DNA of 54,279 nucleotides, counting the filler, from Catajapyx aquilonaris (lineage: Eukaryota): the NCBI GenBank assembly GCA_000934665.2. It is 3 parts of 3 records of this genome, joined end to end, with 100 filler letters (N's around TTAATTAATTAA, not from the genome) between each part and the next. Parts side by side here need not be neighbours in the genome. Positions count along the whole stretch, not along the records: positions 1 to 18,029 come from JYFJ02006800.1; 2 more parts are not named here. One strand, 5' to 3'. Numbering within the stretch: position 1 is the first letter of the stretch; each line of letters starts with the position of its first letter. The position numbers and the translations under genes were made by a program. Of this stretch, positions 1 through 11,480 are shown one piece after another. Under the pieces are notes generated by a model. It saw only the letters and a program-made list of their open reading frames with translations, was not told the DNA's origin and did not search any database.

Positions 1-30
<30 letters not shown>
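1..30. repeat. (GT)n / (GTAT)n microsatellite
   Basis: Directly visible at the window start. Confidence 0.95.
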
Positions 31-32
<2 letters not shown>

Positions 33-33
33 T

Positions 34-328
34 GATACCTTTTTTGCGTTTTCAGTTAGACAGTGTCCTTCACGAAAATTCTCCGGATCATATTTTTCTA
101 ATTCCTGAAATGTTACTCAACACCTCGGTGGGTAATTAATTGATTTTGGCGGGTTTGTGTGACTTATTTTATTTATTTATTTTTTAAATCGAATAATATG
201 TTGAGAAAGGTTCAACTGAAATTTACGAAAAAAAATAATATTTTCCTTGATATTAAAATTAAATATTTTATAACAAAAAAATTGCACCTGGGGTCTTGAA
301 ATACCCCAGGTCACCAGTTAAGGGTTAA
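34..328. mobile_element. Right end of a piggyBac-like non-autonomous element (intronic)
   Basis: Ends ...GTTAAGGG|TTAA (321-328) with a short internal palindrome CCTGGGG...CCCCAGG. The left end is not identifiable, so the start is approximate. Confidence 0.35.
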
Positions 329-356
329 AGGTTCACTTCATTTTGTCAATTTACAG

Positions 357-3142
357 AGTTGGAGGCATATGGTTCGGTGGTGTCTGCCCTGAGAGCCCAG
401 GGAGACCTGACAAAAGATAAGAAGCAGCTTCTGCAAGATCTTGGAGCCCAGCTCAACATATCTATGGAGAGGCATCGGGCTGAAATCCGTCGGGCTGTCA
501 ATGATGAGCAACTGACAACAATTGCAGATCAGTAAGATCACTCATTTTAAAGTGGACATTCTCAGCAAGGATGGTCAATTAATCCTAAAACCATACATCT
601 TTAGCATGAGCGGATCGAGTTCATCCTCAACTTGGGCAATTGAAGGTCGTCGCTTGATCCCCTTGATGGCTCGCCTGGTACCGCAAACGACTTTTACTGC
701 CCTGGCCAACAATGTTGCCAGCATGACGACTCTAGCTGAGAATCCACAGATTCCAGCTTATTCTCATTCAAAAATACAGAAAGCAGGTGGTGGGGTTGGA
801 GATGGGCTACAGGCGGATGAAGATATGGAGACCACCCCTTCTGTACCTGAAGAGACGTCTCCAGCAAGAAGCATCCATAAGAACTGTAAGGACTCAAAAG
901 AGAAGCCACAGAAGAGACCATCAGGGTCGCCCCAACCTTCCCCTCCTCCTCCAGCCAAGATGGCTGCCCCTCCTCCACCTACTCCACCCATCACTACTGC
1001 TGCCCCGGTGCCAGCTCCTGTGCCTACACAAACGCCAAACACAGCAACAACAATGCCTACATTACCAGCAGCAGTATCACCATCACCTGCCCCCCGAGTG
1101 GTGACATTGCCTGGGGGAGCCAGTGCCATGAAGATAACACTGGCCCCAACCACAGTTACTACCACTATTGCCCAGACAACTACTTCTACTACAAATACTA
1201 CCACAACATCCAGTGCTACTCATAAGGTGTGTGGTCCTACATTTGATGTTGGTAAGCAACACATTCTTGCTGTGTTTTCAATCTTAATGTCCATTGCAGG
1301 TCATAATAGTGTCAAGTACCAGCAATCCAGGCCAGTCCTCCCATCAGGTTCCGAGATCTGTCCCAGTGGTAAAAACAGTGTCTGCAACTGCCCCAACAGT
1401 AGTCCCAACTCGTGTAGGCAACACAAACTTGGTGGTTAGCAGACAGGTCTATGGAAACACCTCCAAGGCAAACGGTGTTTTTGTGTCTGCCAACACTTCA
1501 AGTATGACATCAACTGCAGTGTCTATCGGAGGTGTACCAACCGCAGCGTATATAACATCACAGAGTGGCAGCCGCAATGCTATGACTAAGATACGGCCAA
1601 AAGCTCCAATTCTGACAGGTGTGAAACCCGTGATCCAACCGAGAAGAGGGTCTCTAGTGATCCCAACACAGACATTCCCAGTTTCACTCCCTTCTCCAAA
1701 ATCTGTTCAGATTCGTCACGAGGGTGCCCTGAAAATCATATCACAGACGGTACCTATATCATCTGTGAATAGTGCAGCCAAAATTTTGCCGAAGCCACCC
1801 GTATATGTTGTGACAACCACGCCCAGCAGTGGTGTAACAGTTGTTACCCGCACTGGATCAGCACCTTCTGGGCCACGTCTGATCACTGTGAGCTCTAGTG
1901 CCAACCTCCGCCTGTCCACAGGGGGTGGCAGCACAGTTAGGCCGGTCCTACCAGGAGCAAAACCAGTGCAGACGATGCACATAACATCACAGGGATCCGG
2001 ACTAAAATCAGTTGGTAAATCTAATGTTATTGTGGTTCAGAAGGGAACTGGTTTGCCCAGAGGGGTGGTGATAGGACCTGGCGCCAAGGCAATGATGAGC
2101 AGAGTTGGGAAGAGCGGTGCCACTGCAGTCACTACCACCACCGTAGTGCAAGGGAGGCAGGTGGTCAGGCTGCCTCTGGGCCAGGTGCCAATGCAAAGTG
2201 GGCAAGCGCTTAATCTTCCAGTTTCAGCAGGAGAGGTATTGCATTGATCATTTTGTTGCATGTCCAACAAGTAAAAAATGTGCTTCTTATGTGCACCTTC
2301 ACACCACTGCATTGTTGAAGGTTGCACTGCTTAAAATATCATATGCCTTGGAGATAATTTCTGAGCAGATTGCTCAGTAGTTCTACATATACAGGCGGCC
2401 CCTGACAGCATGCTCTACTCAAACAGGTAGGAATTGACCCTGGAGTTGTGGAGACCAAGAGGGACGTGAAAAAGATTCAGCAGCAGGTGACGAGGAAAAC
2501 CGAGGAGGAGAAAAGCAAACGGAAGGAGCAGCCGGAGGAGGACCAGGTTTCCGATGATGAGGTGGAGGTGGTGGGTCATCTTGACCCAGAGACAGGGATT
2601 TTGACCTTCCCATCACCACCTGGTAAGACTGCTGGTCAGGATCATTACACACCTTTAATTTAATTATGACTAAATTGTTTGTGCCCCGTTTTTAGTGTAT
2701 TTTCGCATATAAGATGCAGGGCAATATTTTGAGCAACTTTTTAGGGGGGAAAAGTGCGTCTTATATGCCGTCAAATACGGTAATTGCTTTCCGTAGATAA
2801 GGAGCAAGAGTTGTACACTATGTGTATGTCTTTCAGCATCTAAGAAGTCATCTGAATCTAAAATGGATATCTTCAGTACTCCCTTGGCATCTGCACAAAG
2901 CCATCTTGTGACCCATACCAGTACTCAGAGAACAATGGGGCAGGTAATAGTTGCAACTTCCATTTTTGTTACTTTTTAAGAATGATTAACCTCTGCATTT
3001 TTCAGATGCAAAAGAAGACGATGGAGAGGCAATTGAAGTAGAAACCGTAACACTAACCACAACAGAGGTATGTTCATGTGGACAGGTTCTTTTAAAGTGA
3101 CTGATGGAAATTTTTGCTTCTCAGGTGATGGATGAGGAATGA
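357..3142 (+). CDS. EMSY: EMSY-like (BRCA2-interacting transcriptional repressor) gene, multi-exon, 5'-partial
   Basis: Exon 357-531 encodes ELEAYGSVVSALRAQGDLTKDKKQLLQDLGAQLNISMERHRAEIRRAVNDEQLTTIAD (ENT domain). It splices in phase to 605-1226 HMSGSSSSSTWAIEGRRLIPLMARLVPQT, matching the EMSY post-ENT motif. Further GT-AG exons: 1300-2235 (S/T/V/P-rich), ~2409-2622, 2837-2943 (see finding), 3006-3067 and 3125-3142 (stop). Confidence 0.92.
2695..2782. mobile_element. Small pogo/Tigger-like MITE in an EMSY intron
   Basis: Imperfect inverted ends GTATTTTCGCATATAAGATGCA ... TGCGTCTTATATGCCGTCAAATACGGTA. Confidence 0.5.
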
Positions 3143-3931
3143 TCTTCAGAAGTGGAGTCAACTGCAGAATCAACCTGATTTTAACTTTTGTTATTAGAGA
3201 TTTATAATTACAAATAGCATCGTCTGACCAGAAGACAAGCAACAAATCATGTGCTAATTTTATTTACCGGCGATTATTAAAATATTATTTACCTGAGGTG
3301 TAGATTGCTTCCAGCGAGGATGCAATGTAGTAATGACTAGTTCAACTAAAGTTTGCAATAAGTTGTAGGGAAGGGGGGGACTGTCAAAATAAGGACGCAA
3401 TGAAACAACATTGGCAGGTTTATTAGATTGCACAGTAACATGTTGTCCTTGATTGTAAAGGTGACATTGCATTTTTTGTGCAGAGAAGTAGTAACTGATA
3501 CATCACAATCTTGCTTGTGTTTACAATGAAACCAATTGAAATGCTCTGTAACATCCAAATACGCTGTAGAATTTTTGCGGTGCATGTTGTGAATTTGGAG
3601 AAAGAACAAAGTATGTGTTTAAATTTACATAAGAATTCACAGCTTAACTGTCAGAGGAAGAACGAGGGGCATGACATCTGACCCAATGTCTTTAAAACAT
3701 AATGTCACTGACACTAAAAATAAAAGTCCCTGATAATTTCCAGTACAATTTCCAGGTAATTTTCAGCAATTCCCCCTCCAACTCTTTTTACAGACTGTAC
3801 AACGGGGTAAAATGTACACACGTAAGAAAAATAACAATTATCATAGTGCTATACATAGAGAACTATTGTGTTCACATGAACTGCGGCAAATACAGAAGAT
3901 GAGGACCGAAAGGCCTGTCATAAATACGTAT

Positions 3932-4190
3932 CACCCTGGAACCGTGCCAGGGGGACTTTTCGGACCCCAAAAGAATTAAAATGCATTAAAATTACAATTA
4001 CAACGAACTGTTTGCCATTTAAAAAAATGTATAACAGGAAGTTCATGTTTATTTTGAATTAGCGATCATTTTAGGCATTGTTCAAAGAATTATTGTATAT
4101 AGTCAATACCTTGAAAAGTATTGTATAAAAATTAATAAAAATTAAAATAGGGCTTGGGGTCCTAAAAGACCCCACGGCATCTGTCAAAGG
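3932..4190. mobile_element. Degenerate MITE
   Basis: Imperfect inverted ends ...GTGCCAGGGGGACTTTTCGGACCCC / GGGGTCCTAAAAGACCCCACGGCA... around an AT-rich core. Confidence 0.4.
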
Positions 4191-4380
4191 AGAAGAGAAG
4201 AAGAAGAAGAAGAAGAAGAAGAAGAAGAAGAAGAAGAAGAAGAAAGAAAGAAGAAGAAGAAGAAGAAGAAGAAGAAGAAGAAGAAGAAGAAGAAGAAGAA
4301 GATCTTCTTCTTCTTCTTCTTCTTCTTCTTCTTCTTCTTCTTCTTCTTCTTCTTCTTCTTCTTCTTCTTCTTCTTCTTTC
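4191..4380. repeat. (GAA)n directly followed by (TTC)n: inverted trinucleotide microsatellite
   Basis: Visible directly; the junction ...GAAGATCTTC... lies at ~4298-4307. Confidence 0.95.
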
Positions 4381-4520
4381 AAACTCCGTCACATATTCCC
4401 AGAAAGCACTCCTCTCACCATAAATTCCAGCACAGTTCCACGACAACACCCTCACTCCCTTGCCTTTCTCATCTTCGTCTTCCTCCTCCTCCTCCTCCTC
4501 CTCCTCCTCCTCCTCTTAGA
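4378..4520 (-). mobile_element. Non-LTR retrotransposon (LINE) endonuclease N-terminal fragment
   Basis: Minus strand reads EEEE..DEDEKGKGVRVLSWNCAGIYGERSAFWEYVTEF. The hydrophobic-W-N-x-x-G motif marks the start of APE-type endonucleases. The frame then runs into the microsatellite. Confidence 0.6.
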
Positions 4521-4617
4521 TATCCTTTGATATTTACAACCTGCTTTCAGCACTGTTCGAACGTACGTACGTATCAGCCAGATCTCCAAAGGTTAGTGCA
4601 TTGTCGGGCTTTCCCAG

Positions 4618-4663
4618 AGTTACCATTAAGTTACCATTAAGTTACCATTAAGTTACCATTAAG
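4618..4663. repeat. Tandem 11-bp repeat (GTTACCATTAA) x4
   Basis: Visible directly. Confidence 0.9.
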
Positions 4664-4664
4664 A

Positions 4665-5261
4665 AAGAGAGCCATTCATTTCCGTAATTGACAAAGGAAC
4701 TGGAAGAAGTTCATACCAAGGTTCATACTTGAGAAGAGAAGGCAAGTCAATCGGTCGACCAGCTTCATAGGCAGTAATGAGACGTTGGAGGACACTTCTG
4801 TCTGCCTTCAGAATAGTTTTCTTTGCTTGTCGGCAGTGTCTTTAACCAGCTCATATATACAGAGTGGCGAAAGTTACTGCGTTGTTCTTCTTCATTGTTG
4901 CTCGGAAGGAAACATCTGGTTTGTCGCGCTGCTCTGATATAATAATTAATCTGCTTTGGACGACTTCATCTATTTCTGCCTGCCCAAGCTCTTTGGCCCG
5001 AATGAAGGAGACTTGGATTAAAGTTGTTGCCAGATCCTTTGTCGCAATGTTTTGCAATGATCCTGAGTTTGAAATAGTGGAAAACACATTGAACCGCTGC
5101 AAGGTCGACGCCAAGGCACTCTCATCGTCATTTGTCACGCTTGGACTTGGTAGCTTCGTGGGTGCGGAAGCTGTCGTGTGCCGTCCTGAGTAGGACAACT
5201 GTAACAATGTCCTCATTATGTTTTTGAAAATAATGTTCCCAACTTTTATCATGAAATGCAC
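4665..5261 (-). pseudogene. Frameshifted fragment of an uncharacterised, probably mobile-element-associated protein
   Basis: ORF 4851-5261 (..AKELGQAEIDEVVQSRLI..FRATMKKNNAVTFATLY) continues in a shifted frame as KTILKADRSVLQRLITAYEAGRPIDL..YELLPVPLSITEMNGSL. It is intronless and recalls repetitive hypothetical proteins of invertebrate genomes; the family is not firmly identified. Confidence 0.45.
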
Positions 5262-5977
5262 CTAACATTCACATATCAGAAATCCAAAAGAGAAGGACGG
5301 AGAGTCCCGTAGGCCTATTAATAATACTGTATATAGGTAACCTGCGCCCACGTGTGACTGCTGCATCAAAGGTCACAGGTCAAAGTCGTGTTGAATGACA
5401 TTTTGAAGGAAAACAAACACTGCTCCCGTCAAAAAATACTTTTGAACGCCTTTGACCTTGACCTTTGACCCAGGCTACGCAAACCACCGATTTGACCTAC
5501 ATTTATGGTCTTTTATATTAACCGAAGAAATCAATCAAATCAGTTCATCCGTTCCAGAGTTATGAAATATATTTGCGTATTAATTATTGACATTGACAGC
5601 CATTTTGTTTTGGCTAATTCCGAAGTCAAGCACTCAAAATTCGGCTTGGGAACCGGGCCAATCGGATTCAGCGCATTCTATTTATGTTAAGAAACGTGGT
5701 TCCCAACTTATACTCAAACATGCATCTCATATGCTTATCCGAGGTTTTTTTCGGAAATCCGTCTAGTCTATGCTGTAGGAGTGTAGGTTGTAGGTTGTAC
5801 TCAGCTGGAGGAATCGCTATTACAGTAGGGTATTAATATAGATAATTCAATCTAAGCATACCAGATTCCACCATTGCCACCAGCAATGCCATTCGATGTA
5901 AGAATTGTGGCATTACACATTTACACTGCATGGAAAATGAAGCACATAGTGGAGCGAAAAGTACCCGGATTTCCCAA

Positions 5978-6008
5978 CGTCCTACATATAGGACCTATAT
6001 GTAGGACG
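5978..6008. repeat. Perfect 31-bp palindrome
   Basis: CGTCCTACATATAGG-A-CCTATATGTAGGACG. Confidence 0.95.
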
Positions 6009-6146
6009 CCGTGTAACTTCTTTAGCAATTAAAATTTCACACGTAACAATTTTTCCATCTTATTTCCGGCATTTTAACACAGGCCTTAAATATTATTAAA
6101 ATATCATAAATAGATCAACTTGGGAACAAATTGACTAATTTCCTAT

Positions 6147-7124
6147 CACTCTTAGTCCGGTCACCTTTATAAAGGTGACAAAACGGCCTGTTTTGTCACC
6201 TATATTTTAGAAGGGAATATGTCCCCTTGAAAATAAAAGGTACCATTGAACCCTGTAAAGTTTTAATCAGGTCACCTTTATTTACATGGGACAAAACGGC
6301 CTGTTTTGTCACCTATATTTTAGAAAGGAATATGTCCCCTTGAAAATAAAAGGTATACCATTGAACCCTGTAAAGTTTTAGTCAGGTCACCTTTATTTAC
6401 ATGGGACAAAATGGCCGGTTTTGGCCCCCTTTATTTTGGAAGGGTAATGGTATGTATCCTTGGCTTGCCCGGAATCTTGCTCCAATTCAAACCCATCACA
6501 GCTGGTCACAACAATGGGGCGTGCAGAAGGTGCAACACAGCAAGAAGAACACAACGGGAAGCCTGCAAAAAACATACTAGGCTTGGAAGCATGGTCGAAA
6601 CGACTGACAGCAAGACACCAAAGTGACCTGGACACTGCGGTGGCAATCCCCATCAGTCTCGCCAGGCCCAGGCCACTGTGTCACCAAGCTGACCTCAAGC
6701 GTTGGCAGTCAACTGATCACAACACGCGCAAAAGGTGCAACAACACAGACCAAAGCGAGTCCAACTTCGCGGCGCGGTCCCTCCATCTCGAGGCCAGGTT
6801 ACAAACTGTCAGCAACACTCACGTGACCACTGACGTCACGAGTCTGACAATTTTGAATTAGAGGTGATATTTCCTGTTTATAAGGGACCACGGCATCTCA
6901 CATATCAGCACCTGTACCAGCACCAGTCACCTGTAAACCAGTGTCACCTTATAATCCTCCTGTCATTGTCCCCTATACATTGGCGTCACCTTTATTGATG
7001 CGGAAATTACTTCCTCCTGTCACCTTTATTCAACGCATCCCTTATAATTCCCACCTGCCGCATTACGGATCACCTTTAAAACAACTCTATAAAGGGGATA
7101 TTATAGGTGACCGGACTAAGAGTG
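6147..7124. mobile_element. Non-autonomous DNA transposon with CACT termini (CMC/EnSpm-like)
   Basis: Perfect 20-bp TIR CACTCTTAGTCCGGTCACCT / AGGTGACCGGACTAAGAGTG, a subterminal ~115-bp direct repeat (6177-6410) and many GTCACCT motifs. No clear TSD and no transposase. Confidence 0.75.
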
Positions 7125-7190
7125 TAAAGTAGGTTAAAGAGGTCTCGTAATTGAATAAGATAGGAAGAGACTTAAGGGTAACGACTCAAC

Positions 7191-8523
7191 TGCGATTCGT
7201 TCAGGAGGCGATGAAGAGCGTACTGAAACTTGTCGGTTGTCACTTGTGTCACTTCCATTTTGAGGCCATATACCCATGCAACTCAGCGCGATTTCCATTC
7301 GTCTCTTGGTCTCCAAAGAAGGGCATTACGAGGACAGGCACCGCATAAAATATGGCCTCCTGCATGCTCAAAACGCCACCATGAGTGATAAACAAGCGAC
7401 ATTTAGGATGCCCTGCATTAAAGAAACAGATAATTACATTGTTGAAGATTTTGAACAATCAAAAGTTTCCTACCTAAAATGTCCTGTTGAGGGAGCCATT
7501 TGCTGAGCTTGACATTTTTGGGCACCTCCACTCCTTCCATGGTCTCCGTCTCCCATTTCCACAGAACCCGCTCCTTCAGTTTGCCGAAGACATTGAGGAA
7601 CGTGTCTCGCAGTTTGAGGTCCATTTGACTGCCTCTGATGAATGATCCAAAGCTGAAGTAAATAAATCCCTGGGAGCCCTCCACAAATTCCAAGAGAGAA
7701 TCTGGCAGTGCTTCGGGAGATTTGCAATGCACTCCTCCTATTTCGATGTGGCCTGGAAGCCATGCTCGAGGATATTCCAGTGAAAAGTGCTGGTTAATCA
7801 GAATCAGGATTGTGTTGCGTTCCATAGCGTCAAGTGACGGTAAGTTATCACCTATAAATACCGCCTCATAATGGCATCTTCTTTAGAGAAAGCGTTGTAG
7901 AGACGAAAGGTATTGGTGGTGCATCTGAACAAAAAATTGATTGACCATTCCCAAAATGTCATGTCGCTTGTGAAAGGCAAAAACCTTTGAGGTATTATTG
8001 ATGTAGGGATGGGGTTCTTGGTACCCATAGCCTGCCAGTCATTGAGTGCAGCAGTAGCTATATAGCCAAAGGGTGCGTTTTGACGGTAAGCCAAACTGAT
8101 GGCACAGTCGTTCTGCAAAGCGTCGGTCAGCACCAAATCGAATTTTGACTTCATGAGTTTCTGGATCTCAGGACTGGCCAAAAACGGCTCGCACATTTCT
8201 ATAGTGGCATTAAATATGTCAAGAGTAGCCCCAACTTTGTTCCATGTTTCTCTTTTTTGAAAACGGGCGGCGACTTTTGGGAAGCCCTCGACTACCAGTT
8301 TTGGATTAACCTCTTTCATATTTTTGAAGTCTGCTGACATAAGAAACGGGGATACCTACGTCACCTGATGGCCACGATCTGCTAGTCCCCTTGCAAGCGT
8401 ATCAAACAAAATCTTGTGGCTTATTGACCCGAAATATATTACCAGAAGAATATTGGCCGACTCCACTCCAAATGCACAAAATGCCGTTGTAACCAAGACA
8501 AAAGTCAGAGCGTCAAGCTTCAT
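7191..8523 (-). pseudogene. UDP-glucuronosyl/glycosyltransferase (UGT) pseudogene
   Basis: Signal peptide MKLDALTFVLVTTAFCAFGVESANILLV, then SHKILF..LADRGHQVT*VSPF (TAG at 8356-8358), FDLVLTD, IEIGGVH, GFIYFSFGS, VLWKWE and WLPQQDILG|HPKCRLFITHGGVLSMQEAIFYAVPVLVMPFFGDQ (UGT signature). Intron 7413-7473. There are +2 frameshifts at ~7854 and ~7270, and the terminal TM exon was not found. Confidence 0.92.
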
Positions 8524-9507
8524 GGTGGAAGAGCTGTCAGACTATAGCGATATCGTAGAATTGGAATGACTAGCAGCGTGAACTTTCACTGTGTACTGTA
8601 CATAGTGATTAGATAACCTGGGAAGCAGGGAGTGTAGCGGGGTGAAATGTGTCTCTTATACGAGTTAAAAACGATGGAAATATCGGATCAACAAGGTCGT
8701 GGAATTGATTTCAACTTATTATAATAAATTATCAATGTTGAATCCCAGTATATTACGTCATATTCTGACAACTGATTCCTATATGTTTGCTTCCCATTGC
8801 AGCATCAGGGCATCAATCTTACAGTCGTCTGGGACAGGGTTGAAAAAATCCTATAGTGACAATTTTTATCTTTTTTTATCTTTTTAAAATATTTTGAAAT
8901 CTTTTTGATTTGAAATTATGCCAAAAATTATAGTGGCGGAGATATGCAGTTCTAACAGTTGGGTAGAGGAGGAAATGTGGAATGTGTGCATTTGGTAGTT
9001 TTCGAGGTGCCGGTTAACATATCCTGGCATGTATGCCATGTTCCACGAGCAATATTGCAATCTCATTACGTGTAGCTGATAGATAAGCTTTTCTGAGCCA
9101 ATTACGATGTTTTGATAGTGTAACATAATATTATAGTCTCATAAAATAATTTAGAGCCAATTACATGTGTTCCTAGTTAACGATAATACTGTATATAAGA
9201 GATGCTGGTGTAGTGATGGGGATTCCATTGTCTACCTGACCACTGGGCATCGGGCATCTTGCTCGTCAAGTTTTGTCGCGGATATGATTTCATGAAGGGC
9301 ACCGCTTCCTATCGGATGACCAAGACGAGTCATGGTGTGGCCATTTGTGAAGTAGAAGCAGACTGTGCGGGAATATTTTTGGCTCATAACTGGCGGACTT
9401 TCTGTTCCTCAGGGAAATACGCAGGTTTTGTCGATGTTGCCATTCCAAGGGGGTTTGGTATAGTGTGGCCTGTTACTGTATACTCTTGAATATATACTGT
9501 GTCTATG

Positions 9508-9715
9508 CAGGGTGTCTCAACTTTTTTGTCCGAACAGTTATCGGAAAAGCCTATGTATCATCTAGCTATGTAGCCAGAATATGCCCCAACATTCCTGGCA
9601 CATCCCTCAAGTGATAACGCCAGGGAATCATCACTGGGTGCAAGTCACTGCTAAAAAATAAGCAGCTTAGTGCAATATTTCCGGTAATTATTCGGACAAA
9701 AAAGTTGACACCCTG
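9508..9715. mobile_element. Tc1/mariner-type MITE
   Basis: TIR CAGGGTGTCTCAACTTTTTTGTCCGAA / TTCGGACAAAAAAGTTGACACCCTG followed by TA. Confidence 0.8.
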
Positions 9716-10414
9716 TACAGCCGTGTGCCGAGTAATTGCAATTCGTGGTTCAGTTGAATCAAATTACATATATTGTTCCAACAATGATACATGGTCAATC
9801 ACGCAAAATGCAAAATACATATAATCCATAGCACTGTCAAAACACTTCCCTCCCTTTCGCAAAATACAATAGTTTTTATCAACACTCTTTGGAGGAGATA
9901 ATGTAAATACATAAATCCGATCCCCTTTTATATCAGTCCATTGACCCCGATTACGAACAGCTGCTCTGTTCTTGGGGCTTCCTTGTCGATGCACCTGTCA
10001 ACTATGGGATCGTTCTCGTCTGATGACTTCCTCTGCTGGACGGCGCTTCTCTCGTATGCTGATGTGTCTGGGCTGTCGTCTGGTGGCTGCAACTGCCAGC
10101 ATCGCTTGGTTCCCACCGCAACCTCCACTCCACAGCAGCAACTCGGTCCCTCTACTTGGTGCTGCAGCACCTCTTGAACTCCTGCTCCGTCGATGAGCAA
10201 TTCTAGAGCCTGTCAAAAATGAATAGGTTCTCCCCCCAGGAAATCTCGGATAGGATACACAATTCATAGCGCGAGAGGGGAAGGAAGGAAGGAAGGAAGG
10301 GTCGTTACGTCACACGGGAGCGGGATATTGTACTGCCTACACCCTACAGGGTCATCTGTAAGCAATTAATTTACAAAAAATGACATCCTACATGGAGTAA
10401 TGCAGCCTCGATAT

Positions 10415-11089
10415 TGTAACGGTAGGAGGATTGGAAAAGGTTGCTAGAAGGACGCGGGGTCAAGACCCGATAAGTCTATGGAGGAGAGGAGAGGGTGAGC
10501 TGGACAGGAAGGGACTAATTAGCAGGAGGGGGAAGGTGGGTGGTGAGGAAGGACTGGTATAAAATCTCGATATCATTAAAACGGCATTCTGGTCCTTATG
10601 AATTTCAATTCTTTGCTTGGTCTTTTCTGTCGGTAAAATTAAAATACGCATATACAGACAGTTCAATGTCCAGCGTCCTCTTCACACAGCTGATCAGGTT
10701 GAGGTGCTTCTGATCCGATGCAGTAGTCAAATTGCATCCGTCCCGTTGATCACTCCAACCTTCTACACCTGCTGGCCTGCCACCGTCGATCCGTTACACG
10801 ACGTACTGCCCTGTGTCAACTGCTTGACTGCTACGCATCCTCACTATCGGACGTGACGTCAGGAGGCTGGTACATCTGATCTTCGCAGACCTCCACGACG
10901 ACACTCCGTACAGCTGACTACTGACCTGTGACCAGGAAGGGCCAGGATATGTTCGTCTTCTTGACCGCCGTCGTACTCAGGTGTCGTCCTCTGACGTCGC
11001 CTGACTCTGGACTGATGCAACACGTACTGTATAGTGCCCACTACTGATGGTGAGCTTTTAAAACACTTTATTCCAACTGGAATGTTACA
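10415..11089. mobile_element. Possible solo LTR
   Basis: TGTAAC...GTTACA termini, flanks ATAT/ATAA (one mismatch) and a TATAAAA at ~10558. No internal domain. Confidence 0.35.
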
Positions 11090-11480
11090 ATAAAAGGTGT
11101 TTTCTCATAAGCGTACGCCTGTGCTGTACAAGTTGGAGAATTTGTGTCTTGCACCTAAGCAGACTTTCTGGGGCTACATTGTCCGTAATGATTCCTGCAA
11201 GGTACTTCGAGAAGTCTGTGGCACTGTCCTGTTGGATGACGGCGGTATAGGTTGTTGAAGTTGGCTGACACATGCCTATGTGTATATATCAATGAAATAT
11301 CGCCTATCAAGAACTTCTAGAGACTGGAACATAGCCGTCGTTGTTTCGCTAAATTCATTCCCCACTTCTCGAGATGATCAAGGTTTTTTTTCGACCTCGT
11401 CTTTGACCATTTCCTCCTCCCCTTAAATCTTTTGACTCCGCTGAAGTTGGGAGTTGATGGCGGAGTTGGGGCGTAACTGC
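11085..11480 (-). pseudogene. Degenerate C-terminal part of a MADF/BESS-like DNA-binding protein
   Basis: A low-complexity/basic segment (YAPTPPSTP..KRFK) followed by DSATDFSKYLAGIITDNVAPESLLRCKTQILQLVQ, resembling BESS-type helical motifs. Frameshifted. Confidence 0.3.

Noticed and set aside
694..2327. Antisense and alternative-frame ORFs over EMSY
   Set aside because: Shadows of low-complexity coding exons.
4071..4382. Poly-E/L/F ORF (and the poly-R/S part of 4162-4455)
   Set aside because: Translation of a microsatellite.
4618..4663. Short direct repeats as a CRISPR-like array (also 19670-19727)
   Set aside because: No unique spacers, no cas genes and a eukaryotic context.
5368..5500. 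AGGTCA/TGACCT clusters as nuclear-receptor response elements (also ~25270, ~36400, ~54220)
   Set aside because: Such motifs are common inside invertebrate MITE-like repeats; there is no evidence of a regulatory role.
6393..6861. ORFs inside the CACT element as a transposase
   Set aside because: No recognisable transposase motif in any frame.
8356..8358. UGT TAG as programmed readthrough
   Set aside because: Two further frameshifts and a missing last exon make pseudogenisation the simpler explanation.
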